DNA of 64,000 bases, from positions 64,001-128,000 of the forward strand of contig JBNKHE010000008.1 in NCBI GenBank assembly GCA_050290185.1, read 5' to 3'. The position numbers were made by a program, and so were the translations under genes. Positions within the stretch are counted from its first letter, which is position 1; each line of letters begins with the position of its first letter. Origin of the DNA: Pontiella sp. (GTDB lineage Bacteria; Verrucomicrobiota; Kiritimatiellia; Kiritimatiellales; Pontiellaceae). Of this stretch, positions 37,276 to 46,960 are shown piece by piece. The notes beneath the pieces are model-generated. The model had not been told where the DNA came from and made no database searches. It saw only the letters and a program-made list of their open reading frames with translations.

Positions 37276-38529
37276 ATGAAATTCATAATCGACTTGGGTG
37301 GTTACCCTTTAAAGAAATTGCTTTGCATTTCTCTGCTGGGGTGTGGGTTGTCAGTGAACGCGCAAGAGTCAGATGCTCTCGGGAAAAAGATCCCGATTCA
37401 TAATTCTGTTGCGGTAATCAATGTGTCGAGCCGTACGGGGGATTCTGCCGGATCCGGATTCATAACTGAAATGGATGGGAAAAAGTACCTGATAACAAAT
37501 CAACACGTAATTGACTGCATGGAGAGAATTGATGTCCGGACATCCTCGGGGACACGAATAATCCCAACGTCATTCGAGGTTTGTACGTCTATCGATCTTG
37601 TACGGATGGAAATAACCAACGACATCCCTCCATTAATTCTATCTCGAAATCCTCCGAACATGGATGATGCAGTCAGTGTATATGGAAACAGTGATGGCAG
37701 TGGGGTGATCACGAAAACCGATGGGAAAATCCTGGGTATTGGGCCAAACCGAATAGAGGTGGATGCTGAATTTATTCAAGGAAACAGTGGATGCCCGATT
37801 CTCAACAGCTCCAACGAGGTTGTCGGTGTGGCTACCTATGCATTATTGCATGATGATCCCGAAGAGTGGGTGTCGAAAGGAACCCGGTATCGGGAAATTC
37901 GGCGATTTGGTTTAACATTGGACCATTTAAGATGGACCGATATGCCTGCAGGATTGTTTTCCAAGCAAAGTGCATATCTATCCGATGCAAGCTATTCGGC
38001 CCTTACCTATGCGATTACCTACTGTTCATTCCGGATGTACCTTTCCCGCAAGCACGAGCCACGCAAACCTTCTCCAACGAGACAGGTACCGAAAACCAGG
38101 CGATATCGGGATAGCTACGGCCAATGGCAGACTGAGACCTATTATGTGACTGAGCCAAACCCAAACTACGATGCTGAGCTTGCTACCTGGGAAACGGCGC
38201 ACAAAGAGTGGCTTGAGTACGAGAAAGAGAGGGAATCCAGGCAGGCGTTGTTTAGACTGGGGTGCCCGAACCAGTTCCCCTTTTTTGATAAGGAAACCCA
38301 AGAGAAATGCATAAACCACTATCGCACCGCAAGCGATGTATACAGGTCCGTCTCTCCGCACAGGGCTCACAAGGGAAGGATCGGTATAAATCTCGATGCA
38401 ATCGATCGCCTGGAAGACATAAAAAAAGATATGGAATCCCAGCGGTTTAGCTCGAAATATCTGCGTGATAAAGCCGCCGAGATAGTGAGTCTCTGCCAGT
38501 ATGTTTTGGATTTCCACGGAAAGCTTTAA
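37276..38529 (+). CDS. Secreted trypsin-like (S1) serine protease with unknown C-terminal helical region
   Basis: GSGF, TNQHVI (His), IDLV (Asp), GNSGCP (Ser); signal peptide; visibly AT-richer DNA. Confidence 0.85.
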   Translation: MKFIIDLGGYPLKKLLCISLLGCGLSVNAQESDALGKKIPIHNSVAVINVSSRTGDSAGSGFITEMDGKKYLITNQHVIDCMERIDVRTSSGTRIIPTSFEVCTSIDLVRMEITNDIPPLILSRNPPNMDDAVSVYGNSDGSGVITKTDGKILGIGPNRIEVDAEFIQGNSGCPILNSSNEVVGVATYALLHDDPEEWVSKGTRYREIRRFGLTLDHLRWTDMPAGLFSKQSAYLSDASYSALTYAITYCSFRMYLSRKHEPRKPSPTRQVPKTRRYRDSYGQWQTETYYVTEPNPNYDAELATWETAHKEWLEYEKERESRQALFRLGCPNQFPFFDKETQEKCINHYRTASDVYRSVSPHRAHKGRIGINLDAIDRLEDIKKDMESQRFSSKYLRDKAAEIVSLCQYVLDFHGKL

Positions 38530-38636
38530 GCGCTCCTCAACTGGCACGTTGCCATTCAGAACCGATTCCCTGGACAAGGCTATTGGTCGCTCCTTCCCGG
38601 GGTATCAGATGCAATTCCTGTTATGAACGATTTGCA

Positions 38637-38718
38637 GCGCATGGTTGACATTGGCCCCGGAAAGCGCATCAATGCGCATCACTTTTGAGAAAATGTGATC
38701 ATCGGGAGTGATGCGCAT
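38637..38718 (+). promoter_or_regulatory. TTGACA promoter element, four GCGCAT motifs and an RBS-masking inverted repeat
   Basis: TTGACA 38645-38650; ATGCGCATCACT 38672-38683 / AGTGATGCGCAT 38707-38718, extendable by G-U pairs over the GGGAG Shine-Dalgarno. Confidence 0.55.
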
Positions 38719-39898
38719 GTCGACGTTTGAGGGAACAGGGATCAGGAATCTGAAGCTGCGGGGCGGTATCTACTACTGGCGGCAGCGGATTGGTGGCGTC
38801 CAATACTCTGAATCACTTCAGACCGGTAACCGTGAAGATGCATTGAAAAGGATGTCCGAAAAAGTGGACGCCGTGAAAAACGGGCAGGGGTTAAAGGAGA
38901 GAAAAATGACGAAAGCAAAAGAGACCAATAGCGAAGCCGCGGATAAGAGCAAGGGCTGGGTAACGTTCGATCCGAATCTGAAGATTTTGGACTGCACCGT
39001 GCGCGACGGCGGGCTTTGCAATCAGCATCAGTTTCCCGAAGGATTCTTTGGCGATATCTACAAGACGTGCGTGGCCGCTGGCATCGACTATATGGAAGTG
39101 GGCTACAAGGCGGATAAGGCCCTGTTTGCCGGCAAGGGTTTCGGCCCGTGGAAATATTGCGACGAGGATGATATCCGCCGCGAAGTGGGCGACAATGATA
39201 CCGGTCTGAAGCTTTCCGTTATGGCCGATACCGGCCGGACCAATCCGTCCGATCTGCTTCCAAGAAGTGAAAGCGTGATCGATCTGGTTCGTGTGGCGAC
39301 TTATATTCACCAGATTCCGGCGGCGTTGGAGCTGGTGAAGGATGCCAAGAACAAGGGCTACGAGGTCGCGCTCAATCTGATGGCGGTATCGACTGTGCCG
39401 GACTACGAGCTGGACAACGGGCTGGATGTTATTTCCGGAGTGGAGGAGATCGATTTTCTCTACGTGGTCGATAGCTTTGGCTCGCTCTACTACGAGCAGG
39501 TCGACGATCTGATCAAGCGCTACAAGGAAACCGGCAAGACGCTTGGTATCCATGCGCACAACAACCAGCAGCTGGCCTACGCCAACACCATCCATGCGGC
39601 GATCAACGGCGTGAAGCTGCTCGATACCACCATGATGGGCATGGGTCGTGGAGCGGGCAACTGCGCCACCGAGCTGTTGGTCGGTTTTCTCAAGAACCCG
39701 AAGTTCAACCTGCGTCCGATTCTCCAGTTCGTGCAGGACACCATGTTCCCGCTCAGCCAGCAGATCGACTGGGGCTACAGCATTCCCTACATGATCACCG
39801 GGCACTACAACGAGCATCCGCGCTCGGCCATTGCGCTGCGCGATGGGGATCGCAAGGATGATTATGTCGGCTTCTACGACGAAATCGCGAATCCGTGA
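38717..39898 (+). CDS. DRE-TIM metallolyase (4-hydroxy-2-oxovalerate aldolase-like) with in-frame N-terminal arm-type DNA-binding-like segment; alternative start at 38906
   Basis: LDCTVRDGG, MEVGY, VDSFGS, HAHNNQQLA, GMGRGAGNC; strong AAGGAG before ATG 38906. Confidence 0.85.
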   Translation: MSTFEGTGIRNLKLRGGIYYWRQRIGGVQYSESLQTGNREDALKRMSEKVDAVKNGQGLKERKMTKAKETNSEAADKSKGWVTFDPNLKILDCTVRDGGLCNQHQFPEGFFGDIYKTCVAAGIDYMEVGYKADKALFAGKGFGPWKYCDEDDIRREVGDNDTGLKLSVMADTGRTNPSDLLPRSESVIDLVRVATYIHQIPAALELVKDAKNKGYEVALNLMAVSTVPDYELDNGLDVISGVEEIDFLYVVDSFGSLYYEQVDDLIKRYKETGKTLGIHAHNNQQLAYANTIHAAINGVKLLDTTMMGMGRGAGNCATELLVGFLKNPKFNLRPILQFVQDTMFPLSQQIDWGYSIPYMITGHYNEHPRSAIALRDGDRKDDYVGFYDEIANP

Positions 39899-40020
39899 TG
39901 CAGTCGTTAGCCCGCGCTTTTCGGGGTTATTGATTGTAAGGCGATCTGGAATTAAGCTATAACCGCGATCTTGTTTTGAAAAGCCCTTTTAAAAAAGGGA
40001 AGAAAGAAGGAGTTTCAGTA

Positions 40021-40683
40021 ATGAATATTTTGCATGTATGCGCGAACCCGAAGCCGACCGAAGAGTCGGTTTCCAAGCAGTTGGCCGCCGCCTTTTTCGG
40101 TAAACTGATCGAGTTGAAGCCGGACGCGGAACTGGTAAACGTCAACCTATACGATGAAAAGCCGCCGTTCTATTCCTACGAGCTGTACAAGGGTGCCTGG
40201 TATCCGGTTTTCGACGAATCCTACGAGCCCTCCAAGGTTGAGGAAATGGCCCTGAACTATGCCACCAAGCAGGCGGAAATGTTCAATGAAGCCGACGTAC
40301 TTGTCCTCACCATGCCGATGTGGAACTTCAGCGTTCCTGCCATCATGAAGGCTTGGATGGACCAGGTCCTCACCCCCGGGTTGACATTCTCGATCAGCAA
40401 GGAAGACGGCATCAAGCCGTTGCACAAGGTGAAGAGCATTGTGCTGCTGGTTTCCTCGGGCGGCGTTTACAAGGAAGGCGACGAGCGAGATGCATTGAGC
40501 AGCCAGGTACGCGCTGCATTTGGTTTCATCGGTATCGATGATCTTGAAATCGTCTGGGCCGAAGGACAGAATCCACTCTTCTTCGATAACCACGAGGAAA
40601 ACAAGGCCATCGCCATCGAGGCTGCTTCCGAGATTGCGGAGGATATTGCCGATATGGATCTGGCCGAGGCTGTTGCTGAATAA
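40021..40683 (+). CDS. azoR: FMN-dependent NADH-azoreductase / quinone reductase
   Basis: MNILHVCANPK, ADVLVLTMPMWNFSVPAIMKAWMD, SSGGVY; AAGGAG RBS. Confidence 0.85.
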   Translation: MNILHVCANPKPTEESVSKQLAAAFFGKLIELKPDAELVNVNLYDEKPPFYSYELYKGAWYPVFDESYEPSKVEEMALNYATKQAEMFNEADVLVLTMPMWNFSVPAIMKAWMDQVLTPGLTFSISKEDGIKPLHKVKSIVLLVSSGGVYKEGDERDALSSQVRAAFGFIGIDDLEIVWAEGQNPLFFDNHEENKAIAIEAASEIAEDIADMDLAEAVAE

Positions 40684-40688
40684 AGCCG

Positions 40689-41336
40689 ATGGGCACATTC
40701 ATAAAAATCTGCGGAATCTGCTCGGAGGGCGACCTTGGGCAGATTTCTGCATTAGGGCCCGATGCGGTCGGCTTCATCCAATGGCCGCAATCCAAGCGGT
40801 ATGTCGACCCCAAAGCCGTTGGCCAGTGGGAAACCCCTGATAGCATCAAGCGCGTTGGCGTTTTTGTCAGCCCCACCGAAGCCGAGCTGGCCCACGCCGC
40901 CCAGCATGCCCGCCTTGATGTGCTTCAAGTGCATCGTGTTCCCGATAGCTGGGAGTTTGACCGGGAAATCTTCCAGGGACTTGAAGTTTGGCGGGCACTG
41001 AATCCGGACGAGCTCTATTTCGCGGATCACGGATTCCGGTTTGATCGCTATCTACTGGATTCCTACGATCCAATAACGGTCGGGGGAACCGGTCAAACCT
41101 GCGATTGGAGCAAGGCCCGCGACTTGGTGCGTGCGTCAGATACTCCAATTCTGCTGGCCGGAGGCCTGACGCCCGAAAATGTGGCCGAAGCCGTCCAGAT
41201 CGTAAACCCGTGGGGCGTTGATGTCAGCTCCGGTGTGGAAATCGAGCCTGGTCTGAAGGATATCGCCAAGGTCGCATCCTTCATTTCCGCTGCGCGGGGT
41301 GCGGATCGGCAATCGGGATTCGTCAATCGGCAATGA
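40689..41336 (+). CDS. trpF: Phosphoribosylanthranilate isomerase
   Basis: KICGI, SKRYV, VGVFV, GGTG, LAGGLTPENV, VDVSSGVE. Confidence 0.95.
   Translation: MGTFIKICGICSEGDLGQISALGPDAVGFIQWPQSKRYVDPKAVGQWETPDSIKRVGVFVSPTEAELAHAAQHARLDVLQVHRVPDSWEFDREIFQGLEVWRALNPDELYFADHGFRFDRYLLDSYDPITVGGTGQTCDWSKARDLVRASDTPILLAGGLTPENVAEAVQIVNPWGVDVSSGVEIEPGLKDIAKVASFISAARGADRQSGFVNRQ
41305..41332 (+). repeat. Heptamer tandem repeat x4 at the trpF/gluQ junction
   Basis: atcggca atcggga ttcgtca atcggca, then ATG. Confidence 0.65.
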
Positions 41337-42217
41337 TGGTTACTCGCTTCGCTCCCAGTCTGACCGGCTATCTGCACTTGGGCCATGTGCTCCATATGCT
41401 CTACGTTTGGGGTGTCGCCCGCGCCAGGGATGGAAAGGTCGTCTGCCGAATCGAAGACCACGACCTTTCCCGCCGCCGTCCCGAATACGAAGCCGCCATT
41501 CTTGAAAACATGGAGTGGCTCGGCTTTGTGCCGGACGAGGGCTTGACCTTGTCCAACGCGACCGGCGTGTCGGAATTCCGCCAGAGCGACTGCGGCGACC
41601 ACTATGTAAAAATGCTGGGCCTGCTGGAAAAGCAGGGGCTCGTCTACGGCTGTGAATGCACCCGCAAGCAGATTCTCGATGGGCAGGAGGACGCAGCTGA
41701 TGAGTTGTGCTACACGGGAGCTTGTGCACAGAAGGGCCTCCCGCTTGACGGCAACACCGTCCGTTTTCGTGTTCCGGCCAGGGAGGTTGTATTCGAGGAT
41801 TTGCGCCTCGGTACCCGCTGCCAAATTCCGAAGCGGCAGTGTGGCGACTTTTCCCTGCGCGACCGGCAAGGTCAGTGGACCTACCAGTTTGCCTGTGTGT
41901 GCGACGACATCCGGCACGGCGTTGATCTTGTTGTACGCGGAGAGGATATTCTTGCGAGTACCGCCCGCCAAAACCTATTGTTCGAAGCCTTGGAAGCAGT
42001 TGCGCCCAGCTATTTTCACCATCCCCTAATCTGCGACGAAAAGGGCGAGAAACTCAGCAAGCGCCAACGCTCCGAAAGCATATCCCAGCTCCGCGATGCC
42101 GGTATCTCCGCCGAGGAAATCATTGGCCGCGCCGCCGTCGCCGGAGGACTCATATCTGAAACCGGCCCATTACCATTGGCAAACGCGCTGAGCCTAATCA
42201 CCGACAGGTTAGGGTGA
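41333..42217 (+). CDS. gluQ: Glutamyl-Q tRNA(Asp) synthetase (GluRS catalytic domain only)
   Basis: RFAPS, HLGH, RIED, CEC...Y...C zinc site, VRGED, KLSK; no anticodon-binding domain. Confidence 0.85.
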   Translation: MMVTRFAPSLTGYLHLGHVLHMLYVWGVARARDGKVVCRIEDHDLSRRRPEYEAAILENMEWLGFVPDEGLTLSNATGVSEFRQSDCGDHYVKMLGLLEKQGLVYGCECTRKQILDGQEDAADELCYTGACAQKGLPLDGNTVRFRVPAREVVFEDLRLGTRCQIPKRQCGDFSLRDRQGQWTYQFACVCDDIRHGVDLVVRGEDILASTARQNLLFEALEAVAPSYFHHPLICDEKGEKLSKRQRSESISQLRDAGISAEEIIGRAAVAGGLISETGPLPLANALSLITDRLG

Positions 42218-42278
42218 ATTGCCTTGAATTGAATGGGCTTCGATCACATTATTCCGCCTTTTACCGAGGATTTTGACG

Positions 42279-43481
42279 ATGAAACCAACCCAGCCCGATA
42301 AACATGGTCATTTTGGAGCGTACGGCGGAATGTTTGTTCCGGAGACGCTGATGGAGCCGCTGAACGAATTGACGCGCGTCTATCATGCCGTGCGCAAGGA
42401 TCCGGAATTCAAGAAGGAGCTCCAATACTATCTGCGCGAATATGTGGGTCGTCCGACGCCGCTCTATTTTGCCGAGCGCATGACGAAGCATCTGGGCACC
42501 GCAAAAATCTATCTGAAGCGCGAAGATCTCTGCCATACCGGCGCACACAAGATCAACAATTCCATGGGCCAGATCCTGCTGGCCAAGCGGATGGGCAAGA
42601 AACGTATCATTGCCGAAACCGGTGCCGGCCAGCACGGCGTGGCGACGGCGACCGTCTGCGCCATGTTCGGTATGGAATGCGTCATATACATGGGCAAGGT
42701 CGACATGGAGCGTCAGGCCCTGAACGTATTCCGGATGGAAAGTCTCGGTGCCACGGTGGTGCCGGTCACGGTCGGCCAGCAGACGCTGAAGGAAGCGGTA
42801 AACGAGGCCATGCGCGACTGGGTGACCAATATACGCAGCACGCACTATATTCTCGGTTCCGCGCTGGGATCGCATCCGTATCCGATGATGGTGCGCGATT
42901 TCCAGAGCGTGATCGGCATAGAGGCGCGCAAGCAGATCCTCAAGGCCGAAGGCCGACTTCCCTCTGCGTTGATTGCCTGTGTCGGCGGCGGCAGTAACTC
43001 AATCGGCCTGTTCCATCCCTTCATCAAGGATGAAGGCGTTCGCATGATCGGCGTCGAAGCCGGTGGTTTCGGAATCGAAGGCGGCATGCACGCGGCCCGC
43101 TTTGCCGAGGACAAGATTGGCATTCTGCAGGGCACCAAGACCTTTGTTTTGCAGGATGACGATGGCCAGATTGCACTGACGCATTCCATCAGCGCCGGCC
43201 TCGACTATGCGGCCGTCGGCCCCGAGCACAGCCTGCTGCGCGATCTGGGACGGGCGGAATATTCCTATGTCACCGACGAGGAAGCGGTGGATGGATTCGA
43301 CAAGCTGTCGCAGTGGGAAGGCATTCTGCCGGCGCTCGAAAGCTCGCACGCGATTGCGTGGACGATCAAGAATGCGGCGCAATTCACTTCGGACGACTTG
43401 CTGATCGTCAATGTATCCGGGCGTGGCGACAAGGACGTCATGCAGCTAGCGGAATGGAAGCAGCAGCGTAGCAAAGGATAG
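42279..43481 (+). CDS. trpB: Tryptophan synthase beta chain
   Basis: [43 protein letters not shown]. Confidence 0.98.
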   Translation: MKPTQPDKHGHFGAYGGMFVPETLMEPLNELTRVYHAVRKDPEFKKELQYYLREYVGRPTPLYFAERMTKHLGTAKIYLKREDLCHTGAHKINNSMGQILLAKRMGKKRIIAETGAGQHGVATATVCAMFGMECVIYMGKVDMERQALNVFRMESLGATVVPVTVGQQTLKEAVNEAMRDWVTNIRSTHYILGSALGSHPYPMMVRDFQSVIGIEARKQILKAEGRLPSALIACVGGGSNSIGLFHPFIKDEGVRMIGVEAGGFGIEGGMHAARFAEDKIGILQGTKTFVLQDDDGQIALTHSISAGLDYAAVGPEHSLLRDLGRAEYSYVTDEEAVDGFDKLSQWEGILPALESSHAIAWTIKNAAQFTSDDLLIVNVSGRGDKDVMQLAEWKQQRSKG

Positions 43482-43503
43482 TTTCCGATCCGGCGTGAAT
43501 GGT

Positions 43504-43530
43504 AAAAAGGGGGCATGTGCCCCCTTTTTT
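43504..43530 (+). terminator. Intrinsic (bidirectional) terminator after trpB
   Basis: AAAAAGGGGGCA-tg-TGCCCCCTTTTTT. Confidence 0.8.
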
Positions 43531-43652
43531 ATTTCATGGGGTTACGAGATATGGTTGCAGGCTTATTTTCTTCAATAAGAATTGTTTTGAGTTTCATTAT
43601 TTACAGGAAAAAGTGCAATGTCTGCCGGTCGGGAAACGTTTACAGGAATGAT

Positions 43653-43820
43653 ATGATGAAAATAGGAAAGCACAGGATGAACGGCAAAAGCGGCCAGGTT
43701 ATGCTGGAGTATGTTGTTGCCATCGGTGTTTTTCTCGCCCTTGTGGGGATATGCGCGGTATTGCTCTATGTTTTCCGTGCGTATGGCAACCGGGTGATTG
43801 ATATCATTGCTGTTTCCTAA
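43653..43820 (+). CDS. Flp-type prepilin-like small protein
   Basis: KSG|QVMLEY followed by a hydrophobic helix (class III signal, Glu+5, Tyr+6). Confidence 0.7.
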   Translation: MMKIGKHRMNGKSGQVMLEYVVAIGVFLALVGICAVLLYVFRAYGNRVIDIIAVS

Positions 43821-43862
43821 GCATTTCGGCGGACACAATCTTGGAACCCTAGGAGGAAGTAG

Positions 43863-44090
43863 ATGAAGACGTTCCCAAAACGTAAGGCCGGTCAGGCCAT
43901 GGTTGAGTATATCATTATTGTCGTCGTTATTGCGATTGCCGCTCTGGTGATCTTTGGCATGTTTGGCGACACGATCCAGAAAAAGCTGGGCGGAGCAGTC
44001 GACCAGCTAGAGGGCGATTCTTCCGGCAGCGATCAAGTGCAGTCGTCGAAGGGCTATCTTGAGGATCTGGGCGACGGCAATACGAAATAA
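43863..44090 (+). CDS. flp: Flp family major pilin
   Basis: AGGAGG RBS; KAG|QAMVEY Flp motif; 75 aa. Confidence 0.88.
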   Translation: MKTFPKRKAGQAMVEYIIIVVVIAIAALVIFGMFGDTIQKKLGGAVDQLEGDSSGSDQVQSSKGYLEDLGDGNTK

Positions 44091-44106
44091 TAATCGAGGA
44101 TGATCT

Positions 44107-44772
44107 GTGCCGTCTAGTTTCCAGCGCAAGCAAGGCTCCGCGATGGTGGAGTCCTGCCTCGTCATTGCCTTGCTATGCGTGGTGCTGTTCATGATGTTGC
44201 AGGTTTCGTATGTGGTCAGTTCTCGAAACATCATCAGCTATGCCAGCATTGCCGCCGCGCGGGCGGCTGCGGTGGGCTTGGATGAGGACATGGTCAAAAC
44301 GGTCGTGCATTATGCCACCATTCCAACCGCTGGCCCTATGATTTTTCCTGATCCGAAGGTGTTCAGGAAATACCGGAATGAGGGCAATACCGTAGGATCG
44401 CAATGGGACTATGCCCTGTCCTCTTCTACGGAGCCCCGATCGGAGCGCGGCGAGTATGAGGTGGCCATGCGGACGGAATTCCACCGAAGGGATTATCCCT
44501 TGGCGGTGCTGGCCTATGAGAATTGGTCCCCGGAGGGGGAGGCGGAGGTCTATTCTGACTTCACCGATGACGACTATAACGAGGAGATTCTGGAGGTCAC
44601 CGTTTCGCAGAAGCTTCCCTTGACGTATCCCTTTTCCCGCGTGTTTTGGGGGCACCTTCCCTTGGTTAAAGTCAGCCGCGGCGGGCGGACCGAGGAGTTT
44701 CCGTCCAAGCAGATCGATGCCACGTCCTATATCGAAAACCATGCTAGGTTTTATTTAAAAAGAAACTATTAA
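44107..44772 (+). CDS. TadE-like minor pilin
   Basis: QG|SAMVE, TM helix, YASIAAARAA. Confidence 0.8.
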   Translation: MPSSFQRKQGSAMVESCLVIALLCVVLFMMLQVSYVVSSRNIISYASIAAARAAAVGLDEDMVKTVVHYATIPTAGPMIFPDPKVFRKYRNEGNTVGSQWDYALSSSTEPRSERGEYEVAMRTEFHRRDYPLAVLAYENWSPEGEAEVYSDFTDDDYNEEILEVTVSQKLPLTYPFSRVFWGHLPLVKVSRGGRTEEFPSKQIDATSYIENHARFYLKRNY

Positions 44773-44811
44773 AGGAAACTCGATCCCACGGATCGGGAGC
44801 ACACATCGTCC

Positions 44812-46323
44812 ATGCATAAAAACCACCACCTGAAATCAGGACAGGCGATCATCTTTCTGATGGTTGTTGTTGTGATTGGGCTGTTTGTGGTGATCTGGAA
44901 CTTTGATCTGCACCGGATCATCACCGCCAAGGTTCAGGTGCGCAATGCCGCAGATGCCGCGGCCATGGCCGGTGCGCGCTGGCAGGGCGTTACCTTGAAT
45001 ATGATCGGCGACCTGAATCTCATTCAGGCAGCCATCTTGACGGAAGCCTATGCCAACAACGATGATCTCCACGAATTCGAGGTGCCGCCCGAGGTTCTCG
45101 ATTTGCACGATCTTCGTAACCGACTGTGTCTGTTTGGGCCGCTGGCGGCGTTTTCGGTTGCCCAGCAAGCCGCTTTTGACAACGGCGCATTCAATGATCC
45201 GGAACTCGCCGCCGACCTGCAGTGGTTGGCGGAGGAGTTTATGAAAATACACGGCTCTCCTTATAACAATCTATCCTATGAATATTACGGGGAACTTTTG
45301 GCGAATATCGTTGCTCATGGGGTTGCCGTCAGTTCCTACACGGTCCAGTTTCCGGATCATCCGCTGACGCAGGAAAAATTTTATACGGGCATTGCCTATG
45401 CGTTGGGCGGTGTGTGGTGTGGTCTGGAGAACTATGAATATGAGCTGGAGCACTATGAGGGTGTCGACAGCTGGTCTAAGCTGGATACAGAAATCGGTGT
45501 TTATCGCATGCTGGATCTCAAGCTGCGCGAATTTCGTACCATGGCCGCCGGAACGGAGGAAAATATCTGGCCTCCGCCTCGCCCGGGAACGGCTATGTTT
45601 GATAAGGATTGGCAGGAGTTTCTGGACTATGTCAGGGCCGACGAGCGGGGAATCTTTGCAAGCTTTCCGGGGTCTGACGCCAGTCTTTTACTAGAAAGCA
45701 TGGTTCCCTATAATCCGACAGAAGATATCCAATGGCATGTTTTCAGCGGAGCATGGCTGCGCACGTGGCCTCAGCCGCGCGATGGAGAAGACGATCTGGA
45801 AGACGACAAGGATCAGGACCGGTTTCCCATCTGGGCGGAAGTTCAGGACAAGTATAACTATATAGGTGCCGAGACGGGCGTCGGCATCTCCATGCCGGTG
45901 CATCGAGGCATTCTGGCCACTTCATCCCGGGAAACCGTGGATCTGGAGTATCAGGCCAAGGCCAAGCCCTTTGGCTATTTTGAAGGCGCAGCCCAGGATT
46001 CGCCGCCCTATTATCTCGGCTTCGTTTTCCCGGTGTTCACGGATGTCCGACTCATTCATTCCGAGATCGGCGACAAGCAGGTTCCCACCGAATTTTTCCG
46101 GCATGTTCTTCGCCATCTGGATGCCTATCTGGAAGGCGGGCCGGACGCGCTCAATCCCACTTGCCATTATTGTCAACTGCTGAAGGCATGGGAAACGCTT
46201 GATCGGGAAGCGGGCCTCGAGTGGCTCGAAGACGCCGAGGATATGGATGACAATCCCTGCGATCCGGATGACGACGGTTCAGAATATGAAGGGCTGATAG
46301 GAGGGGCACGCCGTGGATCGTAA
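44812..46323 (+). CDS. TadG-like pilus tip protein
   Basis: SG|QAI, TM helix, VRNAADAAAMAGA Tad motif; acidic C-terminus. Confidence 0.78.
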   Translation: MHKNHHLKSGQAIIFLMVVVVIGLFVVIWNFDLHRIITAKVQVRNAADAAAMAGARWQGVTLNMIGDLNLIQAAILTEAYANNDDLHEFEVPPEVLDLHDLRNRLCLFGPLAAFSVAQQAAFDNGAFNDPELAADLQWLAEEFMKIHGSPYNNLSYEYYGELLANIVAHGVAVSSYTVQFPDHPLTQEKFYTGIAYALGGVWCGLENYEYELEHYEGVDSWSKLDTEIGVYRMLDLKLREFRTMAAGTEENIWPPPRPGTAMFDKDWQEFLDYVRADERGIFASFPGSDASLLLESMVPYNPTEDIQWHVFSGAWLRTWPQPRDGEDDLEDDKDQDRFPIWAEVQDKYNYIGAETGVGISMPVHRGILATSSRETVDLEYQAKAKPFGYFEGAAQDSPPYYLGFVFPVFTDVRLIHSEIGDKQVPTEFFRHVLRHLDAYLEGGPDALNPTCHYCQLLKAWETLDREAGLEWLEDAEDMDDNPCDPDDDGSEYEGLIGGARRGS

Positions 46324-46960
46324 ACACATGCTCCTTTGTCCCGGTCGAGCAAGACAGGCCCTTCGGCCCGCTTCCTCCTCCGCCACACGAAGTGAGGCGG
46401 GGTATAGCCGGCAGCAAATCGATAACGCAACAGCGGGACGATCAGGGCAGGCGATGGCGGAGCTGCTGGTCGGGCTGGTTTGCATCATGCTCCTCGTGGC
46501 TGGCTTGCAACAGGTTTCGATCCTTTCGCAAAAGGGATTTCTTGCGATGAACAACGCCCGTCATGCAATGGCTCTTCAGTACGCCGAAGATCCACCGACC
46601 CAATGGCCGCGGTTTAATTTTTCCAACCCAACCCAACCCGGTTCCGATGGGGAGCATTTAACGGCCGACGACCGGAAATCCGGGGGAGATGACACGTTCT
46701 ATCAGGATAACAATGGCTATCTCGACATGGTCTTTGACGATAATCTGGAAGGGCATCTGCTCGAAGCGGGCCGGATAAGCCCCCATGTCGACCTGAAATA
46801 CAGTGGCGGTGTGTTCAGCACGACTACGGCGCTCGATATGATGCATACCGCGGGGCATGAGTCGGCCGATACCGTTCTGTTCATGGATAAGGTGCTTGGC
46901 CGCGACCATATCCTTCTGAACCATGATTTATGGATGCCTAGATGGGATGCGATACCATGA
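46313..46960 (+). CDS. TadE/TadF-like minor pilin (start uncertain)
   Basis: RSG|QAMAEL followed by a hydrophobic helix; long atypical leader. Confidence 0.72.
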   Translation: MDRKHMLLCPGRARQALRPASSSATRSEAGYSRQQIDNATAGRSGQAMAELLVGLVCIMLLVAGLQQVSILSQKGFLAMNNARHAMALQYAEDPPTQWPRFNFSNPTQPGSDGEHLTADDRKSGGDDTFYQDNNGYLDMVFDDNLEGHLLEAGRISPHVDLKYSGGVFSTTTALDMMHTAGHESADTVLFMDKVLGRDHILLNHDLWMPRWDAIP

